Below are positions 11,198 through 26,233 of a stretch of DNA of 64,000 nucleotides, piece after piece. Both the position numbers and the translations under genes were made by a program. The stretch lies in assembly GCA_051362555.1 (NCBI GenBank), contig CM120644.1, forward strand, positions 12,732,567-12,796,566, given 5' to 3'. The stretch's first letter is position 1. Every line of letters starts with the position of its first letter. The notes beneath the pieces are model-generated. The model was not told the origin of the DNA and did not search any database. It was given only the letters and a program-made list of their open reading frames with translations. Origin of the DNA: Lingula anatina. Taxonomy: Eukaryota > Animalia > Brachiopoda.

Positions 11198-14100
11198 CTG
11201 AAAAAGAAAAGGGATTCATAGTTCAAGGGATATACAGAGTACGCGAATAAGACTGGCTGTAAAAAAAAAAAAAAAAAAAAAAAAAGAATAAATGTCAAAT
11301 ATTTCCCTAACTTTATGACCGATTCCCTTTTTTTGTTGTTGAAATAATAATGATAATAGGAAGAAAAAGAGGAAGAAGAGCAACAACAACAACAACTAAT
11401 GGTCTATTTCCAAATGAAAAAATTAATTGCTGAAAATCGAATGGGAGTAAAAAGATCACGATTGAAATGCACAGCAACCGTTGCAATGTATACTGGCTTG
11501 AAGTTGCACCCTTTTCCTGATAAGCATGCTTAAGGAATATCTCTTTTAAAAGCATGTTCGTAAAAATTAATCTGAATCATTGGGCGTGTGAAAACATCCA
11601 AAAATGTTTTATTGTATTTCACTTTGATATCGCCGTCTCCATTTAACTGAACAGCACTCATCTCTCGTACAAATGGCCGAGAAACTGCAGTCCTTTCGTT
11701 ATTCTAGACTGCTCTTCAAGCTTGTACAACATGTACATCAAGGTCACAGCTGCGATAAATCTGAATCATCCCGTTCAAATATACACGTGTCTGTCTAAAA
11801 CATGGCAGGTCCAACATCCTCATTAACGTGAACACCCATGATTCATAAAGTTCACTTCAAAACCCTATCTCAATATTAAGTCTAACTTTTGGCTGAATGA
11901 GAATTATTTTTTTGAGATAAGTCACCTTATTTCTGTGTCACCGAACACCAGAGAGCGGAACGCTACGCCTGCAGTTAGTCCTTCAGCTGTCGCGTTTGGT
12001 GATAAATCTCAATCAAACAGTTCTCCGTACATTAAATCATAAGATCAACAATAAATCGTCTCCACTGAGACTCGAGGTTATCTCCATGGGGTTATAGCAC
12101 CCACAGAAGTGTGTCCAAATACATGCCTAGGGACTTAATGTGACAGTGGCGTTATATGTTATTCGGTTTTAGAGGTGCTTTCCGGTAAAATGCGAGTATT
12201 TTTTTAGCTCGGTGTGTATGTCAAATAATTAACTGCCACCATTTCGCGATATATGCCTTGAACACATCTCGCTGACAACCAAGGTGTTCTGGGATGATAC
12301 TTGCTCAGCTTCAAAGTGGATAATCTCACACGTAAACCTTAAAAAACAAACGAAATACAATAAAAAAGAAGGGGTATCTAGTACACTTGATATAGCGTAA
12401 TGTACGTAAACTCACCGTCTTATCTGTTCTAAGCGATTAGGATATCTTGCGGACATCTATAGATTAGCTTATTACTATGTGGGACGATAAAATAAACGCT
12501 TTTTGCATAAGGTGCAGCTATTACTACTCTGAAGTTCCATTTTGTCACCATACGTGGATTAATGACTTAATGGCATCGTTTAATGTGATGTAATGGTTCA
12601 CAAAAATGTACGTGTACAGTTATTGGTCTATTACCTTCAACAAGGATATTATGTATTTGCATTTGTTGTTATGTTACTTAATGACAACCTTACTGAAAAG
12701 GTGATGGACATATTTTGATAGAACTTCAGAATAGGTCGGAAATGAGCTATCTAAGAATTGATTTGATTTTGTTGGTGATCCATCAATTAATTAGCTAATT
12801 AATAATATAATGAATTACGCTTCCTTGGTTGAGGTCTGCGTGAGTGCTTTTATGATTTTTATGGGATTTATGTGCTTAATGCAATGTAATGTAATGATTT
12901 TGTAGCTCAAATTTGTATTGTACAATAATACATTCTTCCCTTGACGCAATTAACTTTGTGAACGTCTTTTTTGATTTTCTACATATAGGCCTGCATGCAC
13001 CGCACATGTTTATATCTTCTAGGTTGAAATGAATATGTTTATATCACTACAGCGACACCTTGTGAACCTTCTTTGTACCCAAAACCTACCTGTTCTTGCG
13101 ATTGTTTGGAAATTACACACTGGTTCCATATCAAAATCGTCCAAGTCCCTATACAGCGCCGCACATGTACAAAGGTACAGTATAATCCTAAATGGTCAAC
13201 AACAATTGTTTATAACTATAATTAGCACTGATATTACTAGAGCGGTAGTGGACAAATATACTCCGGTTATGGTGCTTAGGATGACACGAGCACATTCATC
13301 ATGGTTTTGATCCAAGGTATCAGGTTACGTCGTGTCAGCTGCCAATATCAGATATTTTTTACTTGTCTAGTAAAGAAGATAAATGACACTTTGCTTGGTA
13401 CGGGTATTTCTGTAAGTTAACTGGAGCGAGTGACACCAATGCAGTGTCATGCCCCCCCCCTTCGCAGAGCACACAAAAATACACCAATCCTATTCACCGT
13501 TGACTTTGATGCGTTAATAAGAGAACTACGATCCAAGAACCTAGCTTGTTTGTAAACAAAAATACCCGGATGAACGCACCTCAACGCTACGGCCCTCCTG
13601 TCAGTGAACTTTTCGCACCTCCTGGTTGGCGGTTAAATTTAGAGCTTCCATCGCGTCTTCAGTCATTCCACGCGCACTTGCCGCGGCACGCGTTCCTTCA
13701 TTAATATTTTTAGTCGCTTTCCTTACAAGAAAAACGATACGTTTGTTTTCCTATGTGGAGAGGAGGTATAGGTCAAACAAAGGTTATGTCAGAGCAAATT
13801 CGAATGTGATGTAAAAGCTTTGGGGTTCCCATTAAGGAACATGATACGTGCCCGTGCTTGTACTTCTAATTTACATTCTGCGCGTGATTAAATGACGTTT
13901 CGGAAAAGCGTTGGTAGCGTGGGGTGGTTGTGGAGGGAATAAAAAGCAAGAAGGAGTACACAGTGCCGTAATTTTCACATTGAAACAAGGAAATTAGAGA
14001 ACTTTAAAAGTGACCTTTATTTTGACCAAATTTTAAACTAGTAACTTTGCTTAACAATTTCATTGAGATTGTATGTACAGTATTACTCAAATATTCGACA

Positions 14101-14281
14101 ATGATGACATATAAATTCACGCCAAAAAAGAGTTAAATGTTATCGACATTCCTTCTTATACCTCAAGTTGTTTACGGATTCTTCCCTTCACATGAATGAT
14201 GAACACTTAGGGTCGCCATGCTTCACGTCCGGAAAAATCTGGGTATCTATCCGAATAATGTTTGTTTTAGAAATAGCAGCA

Positions 14282-14284
<3 letters not shown>

Positions 14285-14352
<68 letters not shown>
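14285..14352. repeat. (TC)n microsatellite
   Basis: Perfect dinucleotide run. Confidence 0.97.
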
Positions 14353-14354
<2 letters not shown>

Positions 14355-17300
14355 CAGGTAGGCCTACATATACATTTCATGTACTGCAAACCCATCTATT
14401 AAGAGCATGCATCCGTTGTTTCGTTTAGTGATTTGTTCAAACTTGGATACATTTGATTTTGATTTTCCAATAAGCTTTAAAAATCTCATCAGAATGATTC
14501 TTGCCTTAATCCGCTAACAATTCTGTTGATCGGAAGACGGCGGTTCGGAAGAGAAGTGTATGTGGGAGGAGTTTAATAACGATAAGAAAATTTCAACTGT
14601 GCCAAGAACTAACGTAATCTCTTTGCCTACATACACTATATATAAATTACAATATCTTTAAGTTTTATTTTTGAGAGCAGAATTAGCATCGTAGTTTCAC
14701 AAAATCAATTCAATCTGATTTTTTATCAGAATTTTTCTATTTTCAGAAATGATTCTAGCGTTATTATTATAGTAAGCAATTGTGCTTCACATTTATAATG
14801 TTACAGACGAACCTATATTTTATACACCCCCCTTAGGTAAGCTTATTTCAGGTCAGAGTTAGCAGTCTAGCATGTACACAATATCTAGAGAGCATTTCAC
14901 ATTGTGTATATATTTACGTGCATTTTTATTGGGGTTTATATTCGTTAAAACGCCACTAAAACAACTCCGAGTGACCTGAATTTTTTTCTTTTCCTTTTTA
15001 AAATTTATTTTGGAGATTGGGGATTGGGGTTGTGGGGGTCAGGACCCAAATATGGATGCCTAAGATTAGAGGCATTGGGGACACGAACCTTATGAATCCT
15101 GTAGAATCTTCGTTTTAGGTAGGCTGTTGACGGACATGGCGTTTTAATATAGAAAAGAATTCATGCAATGTCGGATTCTCGCTAGAAGAGAATCCATACT
15201 TGAACCCGATTAAGACAAACTGATTACTGGACTTTGAACACAAGTGAATAAAATTCTTTATGCAATGATTACACGTATATCCAAAGTCCGACTCCCCCCC
15301 CCCCCCCCCCCTCTCTCTCATTTTTTTATTATTATTCAAACAGCTGGACATTTCTCCTAGCTATGTGTCAAAACCTCATAAAAGGCGCACTTGCTTCAAC
15401 CGGTATTTTATTCAATATTACTCAATCCTTCTCTGCGACTAACAGCACTAGAGTAGCACTACGGGTATTGCATCAGAGTAGTATTGTCCTCAAATCATCA
15501 CGATGAAAACTCAGAAACACTTTGCTGATAGAAAGTAAGCATGATTTGCATAAGTGAAATCTTAAAAACTTTCCAGAATATTCATAACTATTGTTAGGTC
15601 TTGTTAAAAATCCCCGTCTTTAAGAAAACAGCTGATACTGGGACTGTGGCGTTGAACTTTGCCTTGATTGTGTCTTTCCGCCGGTCAATGATCCCCAGGG
15701 TAGAATAGGCGGTCTCGCAACACAAGTACTAGGTAACTTATCGTAACGACGAATGATTTTTTCAACGGTTGATTACCCACGGCCTCCCAATCAGAGACCC
15801 ACGGAATGATGTTATGGGTACGTTGATTTCTCGCAGTTGAATTGAAAGCATTCTTGATTTTGAGCTCCAGGTATTGGCTTGGCTTCTGTTGCTTGAAGAA
15901 CAGCAAAAATTATAGTGTCTTTACATGCCGAATTTGAAAATCTCTCTCTCTCTCAATCTCTCTCTCTCTCTCTCTCAGCTTATATCCCTCTCTTTACGTG
16001 ATAAGGATAAACTATATAATTTTTCAGACCCCCAATAATTAATAAATAAATGATAAAACAGGTGCGCTCTATTAGCGAAAAAGTAGCTGAACACGCCGTC
16101 ACAGTCACGTGACTGCAATGTCGTCTGCCCCGCACTTGACTCTGCCGCTCCAATGATCATGTGTCCACTACAAGGCTTCCTAAAAGCTCTTTTGTGTACT
16201 TCCTGAAGAGACCACCGCTGCGTTTGATCACCTATCAGTTTTCAGGGTAACTAATGCAACAAATAATCACCAGTTGAGACCGCGTGGCTTCCTCGATCCT
16301 GATTGTAATACCCCAAACGCGTATTGATAGTCAGTGTTGCATCACAACGAGAACGGAATTAATGAGTTGGAATATAAGATGAATACCAGATCCCTCGAAA
16401 CGTTATTGAAAACGACAGGAAGGGACACTTCAAAGAGGTATACGAGTAGCGTAAACGAAATTGAAGATAACTGTGTCTCCTGAGGAATTCAATTCGCAAC
16501 CTGACATCCTTTTTCGCTCTCATGTTTGGTACGAGCCGCCAATCAAAGGGACAATGACGGAATTTGTGTCTTTGGAGAGCAAAGAGGACTCCATTTCGCT
16601 GGCACCTTTTGGAGATGCCTTTTGACAGCGGGGATTTTCAGGCCTGATCACACGCATCTAGCCCAACAAAACTTAGTCAAAAATCGCCCTCATATAAAAT
16701 CATTTCAATATATTACACCACATTTTCAATTCCAAGACACATATTCACGATGAAACAAATCGATATTGATTCAGATTTTATGAAAATAAAATGGACACTA
16801 GATACACGCATTGAACCAAATGAACATCTTTCCTCTTACACCCGAAATGTCAAATCTAAATGTGGTCTTTGTAACTTTAAAATGTTTATATTAACTTAGT
16901 TAATAGATTTAAAATATCTCATGGAAATATTTTCGCTGAAAAATCTCCCGTGAAATTGCCACTTTTCACAGCATGCATACAGCGGTGACAACCATGTATC
17001 TATTCAACCTTTTAGTAGGGAATATGGGCGTCGTTTTATGAATGGGTCTTTGTACAGCAGGAACCTGTCTCAGAAAAAAAAACTTTGCCCAAAATTTGTG
17101 TTTACCAATTTGGACTCTTTGGACTGAAAACAATTCAGAAACAGTCCACATAAATGGAATATTGCACCTGCTGTTGAAAAAGGATTATGTGTCTGACTAA
17201 TACTCTAGTTCCGTGGACTATTATGGGGTAACCTTGAACTAAATAAATACATTTATTGGTCTAAAAATAAAAAAACTTTCTTTCTTTCTTTTTTTTTTTT

Positions 17301-20300
17301 TTTTTTGGGGGGGGGGAGTGCCAAATGTCTTTTGTGGAAGCAGGCCTGGAACGTGCAACATGCGTCACAAAGGTGCTTTTTTCCAGATCATAGCAGAAAC
17401 ATGTTTATTCAGCTTTCGTTATTTCATTGTTCAGTACGGCATGGTGAAGAAGCACAATTCTCTGGAAACCTAACCGTATTGGTGCTACGGGTCAATTTTA
17501 TATGACAAATATATGTGCTTGTGCAACAAAACCCTTAAGACAACCTCTTTTTTAATTTTGGTTCCAAATATTGTGCTTAACTTTAAGCATCCATCCAAAA
17601 TTGGAACTTTTTCCATCAGAAAATGTTACCAACGATGTTCATCAAAAAGACGAGGGCATCTTAAAAGATGCCAAATGTTGTTAAGTATCGCCCAAGAAAG
17701 ACTTAAGTATATTCGAAGTTATATTAGTGCCTCCTTGAAGGTATTATTTGTCGCAACATCAAGGTATCTCCTTCCCAAAGGATGAAGCAGATTATTTCGT
17801 ATCAGACTGAAAAATGCACCACTTAACTGTAATTTGCATATTCCCAACGATCGCACTTCATAAGACTAGAGCTGTGACATAATCATATCTCAAAGTAGGG
17901 TTTATTTTACAAAAAAGAGACGGACAAAACAGATTCCACAGGCCCTACATAAAATACACACTATGTAAGGCCCGTTGGTTTCTTTACTGTCAGCAGTTAC
18001 AGAATGATATATTTATATTGCTTATAGTGAATTTTCATGGAATTGTTATTTATTGTACTAACACTTTTAAAAACCTTACTGCTCTGGATGTTAGCCACAT
18101 GGGAAGAAACAGAGATGGTTCGCTGCTAATCTCAGGCACGTGGGTTCAAAACCTTACAATATATCCAATCCATTAATGGATACAGTGTCATGCATGTATT
18201 GCCAAGTGTCAAAATGGTTATACTCGCTGCGAATTGAATCCCACTTAATGCTTGTATAAGGGGCAATGTTTCTTCCTTAACGATGTACTTAGTGTGCAAT
18301 TACGTGAAAAACACAGGTAAATGGGCGTCTCAATCACCAGTTCCCTGTCAGGTGAAAATTGCATCAGCCAATACACGTGCCAGAACGGAGGTAATCGCCC
18401 TTGTATCCAATTTGTTTCGTAGTTCGAACCTGTTTGTTAACGGTAAGAAACTTGGGGTTTTTATACCTAAACGACATGCAGAGTAAACATATGTGTTCTT
18501 ACACTCAGCTAATTGGTGTCGATTTGCCTGCCTAGTTGCTCTGTGCGTTGATAGGCGGAATGACAAATTTAATACCGGCACCTACGCCTCGCGACTGGAC
18601 GCCTTGTTGCAGAGTGCGCATTGGGACTCCCAGTCCTATAGGGCAATGGGGAGATAATTAAAAGCTTTCTGCTTCCCTAAGTGATCATCATGATTGGATG
18701 GGGAAGTATGTGACTTGCGAGGTGATGCGTTATGCAATATGTTTGACAATGTTTTTTCCCACTTTTAGCCCCCAACTGGCGGAAATGGCTTTAGATATTG
18801 GTTTGTTTGTGATTTGAAGAGATATATGATAGGTTCACTTCGAGTGAATGCAGTGCTCGTTGCACACAATTTCTTTTGTGAGTATACTCAAATAAGACTT
18901 CAAATATAATGGGATTCATGGACGCAGCTGTAAACCAATGTCACCTGCAATTTTCACGTGTAAACTATCCTTTGTCACACATGTGTTATGGCATATATCG
19001 GTTAACGTGTAGGTGTGAGATTACGCTGTTTGTAAAAATGGTGTATAAATTGCGATTCATGAACTCCAAAAGAGTGACAACCTTTTCTGACAATGATATC
19101 GTAAATTTACGATAACTTACTTCGTATATATATATATATATATTCCTGACTTTTGTAATCTGAAATATTATTTTTCACATGTTTATTGATGATATAAATG
19201 AAGTATCTCTGGATTGAAATGATGACAGGATTGAAAATCCCAGCAAATATGAGTAGATTGCATTTATGAATTAATGCCCCTCTAAACATCCATCTATCCC
19301 TCCCTTCATCCATCCATTTATTATTAGTAAACTCGGTTAAGTCAAAACCGTATGAGTTAAAATACATGTCTAGTTTTGTTATTCTTTGACCAAAATATAA
19401 CCCTCTCACCGTCGTTTCTAACCAAGGAGGCTCGCGCCACATCTATTATTGGAACTGTGGCCTGAACTATTGGCAGCCACATGAACGGCAAACCTATCAA
19501 AACAGTCGGTCAGTCAATATGTCATAGTGATTTGCCGTTACCAACGGGAGCACATCTTGATGAAAAGCCAATACAATCAGTGTGTGCTCTGTAATGCCCT
19601 TTGCGTTGGTTGGAATGCAAGTCCCAAAGCGCAAGTCTTTTTCAATTGGAAGCCATGTTAACAAGATGTCTTAACACTCAGGCATTTATACATATTTAAC
19701 TGCACACATAAAACATGAATGCTAAGTACTATGTGAATTCAATAATGCATGCGTGTTCTATTTAATCATCTATACGAACAACCTGCTCATCGTAAACCAC
19801 TTCTGCTTCACTGTAATATTAGTATTTCTGTTTACATGTAGGTGTAAATTAAGTTGAAAATTCACAGGCAAAAACACACCTGATATCTAACAATACGCAC
19901 ACGCACACCGCTGCTGTGTCGATACTCCTTACATCTCACACAAAATTGAACGTTGTCTATGTAAAAGTAAAGTAAGATATCGCACCACTGATAACGTTGA
20001 ACCGAGGCGTAGCAACTGACAGTTTTACAAATAAGCTATCACCATTTCATTTATTATTCTCTGTTGGTGTTATTGTTATAGCCTCCCTCCCCCCAAAAAT
20101 TGCTTTTAAGAATACATTATTAAGTGCAAATTTCATATACGAATGTGTGCTTGTAAACGTATTTAGTATAGCTCTGTTTTCATGCCTGATTAGAGAATTG
20201 CCATATGTGCATGTGTGCACATGTCATTGTGAATGACAAATGTCGAAGCACACACGCGCCTCTGTTCGCGTTTGCGTACATGTGTGCGTATGCTGTTCGT

Positions 20301-22505
20301 TTGCACGTAGAAGTGTGCTTCCTTGTGCTGATTTGAAAAACATCGGAGAAGACATACGGCAATTTCTGTACCAAGCATATAGTTTCTTACTGTACGCTTA
20401 TGTGCTTTCTGCGAAGATGACGTACGTAATGTAGCAGCAAGCAAGAAGAATCTGTCCGGAATTTCGATTAAATCGTAAACAAGCAATTATGGCTTTTCTG
20501 GCAACAAACAGAAGAGCTTTAATAGGGGTTCTCAATTCCACCCGGACTTCATCATTGTTATTTACACTGGTTGCACAAATACTTTTTAAATCCTATGTTT
20601 ATCTTTAGGTTCATAAATGAAAATATAAAATAATATTTACGTGAATATACATATGAATATATAAAAATAAATACATGATTGAATAAAATAGATAGAAAAT
20701 TGTCTTTACTAGTCTTCGGAGAAATTATTTAAATAGAACATCTACAAATAAATAAATAAATACATCGTAAAAGAGCATCAGTAACTCAAATGTCAGACTC
20801 ACTTTATGTCCGATCACACAAAAATTATGGTTAACGTCGAAGTGATTCCTTAGGTTTCTTGTCTCACAAAGTCCCTGGTTTGCTTAATTGTAAAAAGTCA
20901 AGGTTTCCATTCAAAACAACTGAAGAAACCTTTTAATGTGGTATTCGTATTTCTTAGAAAACTTGCCTCCGGTCATGTCAATGTTTTTCAAAATAAACAA
21001 CATTTTTGTCAATTTGAATGGCAGTTTTGCTCACTTTTTTAACACAAATTTTAAGCTCAAGTCAAAGTCACCTCGCTTATTTTCATAAATAGACATTTCT
21101 ATGACGGATTCCATTTCCAGTTTTTGAAGAAGAAAATATCACTAGGCCGGCAATTAAAACAACTACCAGCCTCCTGTGTCAATTTGGATTCGATCTTTGA
21201 CGCTAATTGAAAAAAAAGTTCATATTTGGAAATAGAGGCTTATCTGTTGCGCCGGAAATGAAAATATCGCCATAATGAACATCTACCAAAAGCAATGTAA
21301 ACTCCATTATCCGGCTCTGCGACAAACATCCTATGAAACGACTACAGCTCCTTAAGTCCATGATTGGAATTCCCAACGCGGAGATAAAGTAGCCGCTATT
21401 TGGATCAAAACATGAGGTGCATTCAGACAAGGTATTAATGGTACGACCAAAGGACCAACTAACGTCAGCACTGTTTTAGCTGTCTGAGACGCATATTGAC
21501 GTACCTTTCATCAAGCCAAGTTGTTTTCTGTTCGAATTTATTTTGTTACATTAGTTGTTAGATGCTAGATTGATCTAATACTGACGCTAAAACGGATGGA
21601 TTACTCGTTATATAATTTGGGAATTGGAAGTCGGTCTTACCCTGCATGCTACAATACGGCTTGGATGAAACTACTTGGATGACGTCATTACACAGATAAA
21701 TAGTGCTCTGTGCATTGCAAACATATTACCGTTACCGTTGACGTTAATGTACCGTCTTAATTGGACTCTTTATATTATACGCACATTACTTTGAGAATTA
21801 GTCTCCAGATGATGGGCAACGGCTCATAAACGCAACACTTAAATTTACTAACCTTTGGTTAAACGCATCGACTTGTCTCAGATTAGATGAATTTGAAATA
21901 AATATTATCCAAGCTTTCTGTTCAAAAACACAAGTTGCCTTTTACTTTATTTCCCCTTTCCTTAGTTGATTTCAGTTTTGGTTCTTTCTCTTATTTATCG
22001 TTCATCGATCCTTCAATTCATACTCACCCACCTATGCATGCATGCATTCAATTCTTCATTGCGAATGTCAGTCATTCTTTCACTCACACAATCCTTCATT
22101 CATTTTTTTCTTTTTTGTTCATTCTTCGGAGGATACTCATCCTTGTACCGGTATAGTCAGCAATATCACAGTCTCTGGTAAAATGGACCATTTTACCCTC
22201 TTAGTTGGCCCAACTTCAGAAATGCCATACATCTGGTTCCGAATTTGATTCTAAGCGGATCTTTCCGGTCAAAAGTTTTCAAACACCCTGATTCTATCTC
22301 CCTCCCCGCGCGCCTACGGACCTGGTACTACATAGGAAAAGAAGAGAGGTTCATGTGAAGTCATTCTAAATTCCATGGTGTGCACTGTTGTCTTAATATT
22401 TGTTATCACCTGAGCTTCGAGGTGTTCAGACAATGAGTCGTTCCTCAGCACTGCCAAATATTAGTGGGAGCAAGGTAGTGTTCAGCAGAGCCCAGCAGGG
22501 TGGTG

Positions 22506-22540
<35 letters not shown>

Positions 22541-24032
22541 AAATAAATTCACGCCGGATAGAAATGTGCAGAGAACAGTCAGGGAAATTTCTTTGAGTTA
22601 TAGTGTGAAAAATACCTTTGATCCTTGTAAAGGGTGGGAGCACTTGTACATAGGAACACGTACATGTAGTAGTGCTATCCCAGTAAAATCTGTTATACAG
22701 GATTCTCTCTATCAACTTAACCACCGATCGTTACCTATGTCAATCGTTATGCCCACAGAAAGCACACTCTGCAGTTAACTCAATGCTGTCTTTACATCGG
22801 ATTGTGTAACAACACGTAACGCCAAATATCCAATTATGGATTGAACGCAAATCTTGCTCGTTACCACCTGGTCGATAGAGCTGGAAGTTAAGTGAATGAA
22901 GTACCAAATTGCTCATGTGGGGTAATCACTATACGTTACTTCAGCTCTTTATTGTACCTCTCTCTCTCTCTCTCTCTTTCTCTTGTGTTTCCCTTTTGTG
23001 ACTTGCAAATTGCTAGAGAATAAATCATGTTGTAGGTGTAACGTGTGTAATTCCAGAATTCGTCTACAAGTTCATTTGCACGAACGTTCTACACACCTTT
23101 CGCCACTTTTATCATGAAGTCCAGTTTTAAAAATGAAAAGAAAAATAATGATAATAATTGGATAAAACATGAGAGTTGTTAGTCACACAGTAGATCAAGG
23201 TGAGTCAATTACGGCCTGTAATATATATAAATAATCAGTTGGACATAAAACTGAAGTTGCTCTCTTGGACTAAATCCCGGTTTTCCTGAAACAATTAGGA
23301 CTCTCTTCAAAGCTGCCAACTAATGCACTATCTTGGGAAAACGTAAAGTGCTTGGTCTAAATTCTACGTTTTCTTGTGAAAGGGACTCCAGACTTATTTA
23401 TTTTCTAGCAATCTACTCCTTGGATTCTAGCGCCATCTTAGAGATATATAACTATCATCCAAGCTACGGCACTGGCTAATTAACTGTCGTTGCGGGAGTG
23501 GCATTCTTTTTAGTCTGTAAGACGGATTACTCTACATTGGCACTTCTAAAAATAGAGATACATTATGTATCACATATTAACTCTTCCAAAAAGCCTTCAG
23601 TGGGAGACTATGTGCGACCGTAGGAGAGTAAGCCTCTATTAATGCCCCACAATACAACAGCCGTCAGTAACGAGACTAAGTATACCGTTCTTTGATTGGA
23701 TAATTGGGCGACCTTTAAAGTGTTCGTCCATTAAATCGCTTTCGAAGGCCAGATCGCTTTTGCGGATTTTACCTGGTCCGATGATACAGTAGCATTCTAC
23801 CCTGCCACCCGTGGTGCGAGTTCGGTAGTGATGCACATAATTTTAAAGACGCTTAATGCTCATTCATGTATATGCCGCTAACATATACAATGTGCAGTAT
23901 AGTTACTTATCTTCGTGCCACGGTAAGACATTGATTTCTTCTTCAGAAGCACTTACTAAGTCAATCGAAATGATTAACATATAAATAATAAATGACATTC
24001 ATGGAGACAACAACACCGTCTTCATCATAATG

Positions 24033-24034
24033 AA

Positions 24035-24089
<55 letters not shown>
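24033..24089. repeat. (AATA)n microsatellite
   Basis: Perfect tetranucleotide run. Confidence 0.95.
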
Positions 24090-25777
24090 AATGGTAATAA
24101 TAACAACCCGACTACACCTGGGAAGGCCACGTGTATCGTAGTTTACGGCATAGTTTATCTAATTTAGTAGCCAGCGTCACCGTGGTGCTGAATTATATTA
24201 GGTTACTGAGCAGACGCGTGTTTTGTACACATGCTTTTAGAAAATGTAGAGCATTTTTTTCATCACATTACTGCCTTAGTCTTTTCTGGTAAAAAAGTTG
24301 ATTTTGGGGCAAGTTATGTGCTCTAATGCTTCAAGGTCCCTCCAAGCATTATTTCATACTGCAATGCAACATTTCTTTTTATATTACATAATACTTTGAA
24401 GTAACAATCACAGTTTGTCACAGCGTTTCAGCCACGCATTGTTTATAGCTCTGAAAAACAAGGGGTGTAAAACATCAAAGGACACGGATACTGAGGTACA
24501 TGTTCCTTGACGGTGAATTCTTTCATCCTTGAGTTCCAACATGTAGTAAAAGGAAATTCGACAAGAGGTACAATGCATTGTCTCAGACCATGCAAGCACC
24601 TGTTTATAGATTTCGTTACGTGCTAGGCGCAGCTGGTTACGTATTGTTAATGTAAAGTGACACAAAGGAAATTCACGCTCAAAGGAAAAATGTACAGGTT
24701 GACCGGATTCTTGCCTAATAATAACATCATGGGTTGAGAGGTTACCACCCAGAACTTGGCAAAAGAGTATCTTTTGATTTACCGGGCTGCCATCGTTTTT
24801 ACTTCGTACCGTGTTTCTTATAAAGCGTAGACGCAATTTTTCGACATTTATTTATACATTTAATACATTTTATATAGAGTTATAAAAACAGCGAAAACCG
24901 AACTACCTTACCATAGATTTTTTCAAACGACAGCTAAAATCAGAGCTACGTGCACTACCGGCGTTAATAATCATAATTTTTTTGGTCGTTGTTGAAGAAT
25001 CGGTTATCAAAATTTCCAATGCATAACATAGCCGATGGAATTCTTCGTTCGACTCCCTGAAAAGTAATGGGTGTACGCAGTGCGATCAAAACATCAATAC
25101 ACGTGCTGCCCACCCGTACTCTGCCTTATTCACTAAAGAATATTCAATGAACGCCCTTAAGAGTTCCTTGCCATTTCTTATGGGTTAAATTCAGACTTAG
25201 AATTTTAATATCCAGGGTAGTATCAGAGTGATACTTAATTAAACGGACTTATTTTAGTTACGTCATTTAAAACTCAGCTCGTTTGCGAATGGATTTAAAC
25301 GTTTAAGTGGTGCGAGCGGTAAGAAATGCAATCTTTTGTAGACTGATAACCTTACTAATAGCAGTGATTTGCGGATTGCGACGGATACTATTCCTATCAA
25401 AATTGTTGCGTAATTCTTGCCTGATTTCCAAACGTCGAAGACAGAGAGGTCAACGGACTTATAGACTGATGATACGAGATATTACATTGCATAATTCCAT
25501 ATTTTGCGTCAGAGAACATGCATTTAGGTACGATCATCGGCCCGCAAGACCAATTAAGCTGAAAATGCACATCGCATACAGTAGAGCAAGCGCAAGTTTC
25601 TGTCTTCGCAAGCCAAGGGCTTAAATCCAAGGCAAAATATAATCTACAGTGTATATCGTCAGACTTTAAGTATACATTAGAACAATAAACGTGTACATAT
25701 TGAAATAGATATAATTCATACCAGAAATCCCCTAGAAGTAGATGGAAGTCAGACTCGCAAGATAAAGGCAGATTGAT

Positions 25778-25954
25778 CAGGCCCGTAGCCAGCAGTTTCA
25801 AATGGGGGGTCTTTTTCTAAAAAAGTGGACCTTTTACCATGAAACCTTCATGTACCTAAATAAAATTTAACTCAGAGTGGACCTTTTCCCGGCAAAAAGG
25901 AGTTCTTGGAAACCCCGCTCCCCCCCCCCCCCCCCCCTCCCGACTACGGGCCTG
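25778..25954. mobile_element. hAT-like MITE (CAGGCCCGTAG termini), copy 1
   Basis: TIR CAGGCCCGTAG...CTACGGGCCTG with flanks ttgat/tagat. Colinear with the copy at 39065-39240. Confidence 0.85.
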
Positions 25955-26180
25955 TAGATGGGAGAGTTAGGAACAAAAGGCCTGGGATGTGGCTGAGGGT
26001 GGTGGGTTTCTCCATCACCAGGTTAAAGCTTTGTTTTTTTTTCATTCAATAGTGATATCTGTCCACACTCGGAGAGCCCAGGTAATATGTTGGATGTGTC
26101 CAGTATTTGTAATAAGGCACCATGGCCAGTGCAGTCCGCTAAATTAGATTTGAATTTGACACTTGAACCACGCTTATGAA

Positions 26181-26182
<2 letters not shown>

Positions 26183-26230
<48 letters not shown>
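26183..26230. repeat. (TC)n microsatellite
   Basis: Perfect dinucleotide run. Confidence 0.95.

Positions 26231-26233
<3 letters not shown>

Noticed and set aside
18086-18155. tRNA gene
   Set aside because: Only a B-box-like GGGTTCAAAACC is visible and no cloverleaf can be built. At most a decayed SINE head.
24408-24836. Longest ORF in the track (142 aa, minus) as an extra GPCR exon or nested gene
   Set aside because: Non-ATG start, no recognisable motif, and no compatible splice sites found.
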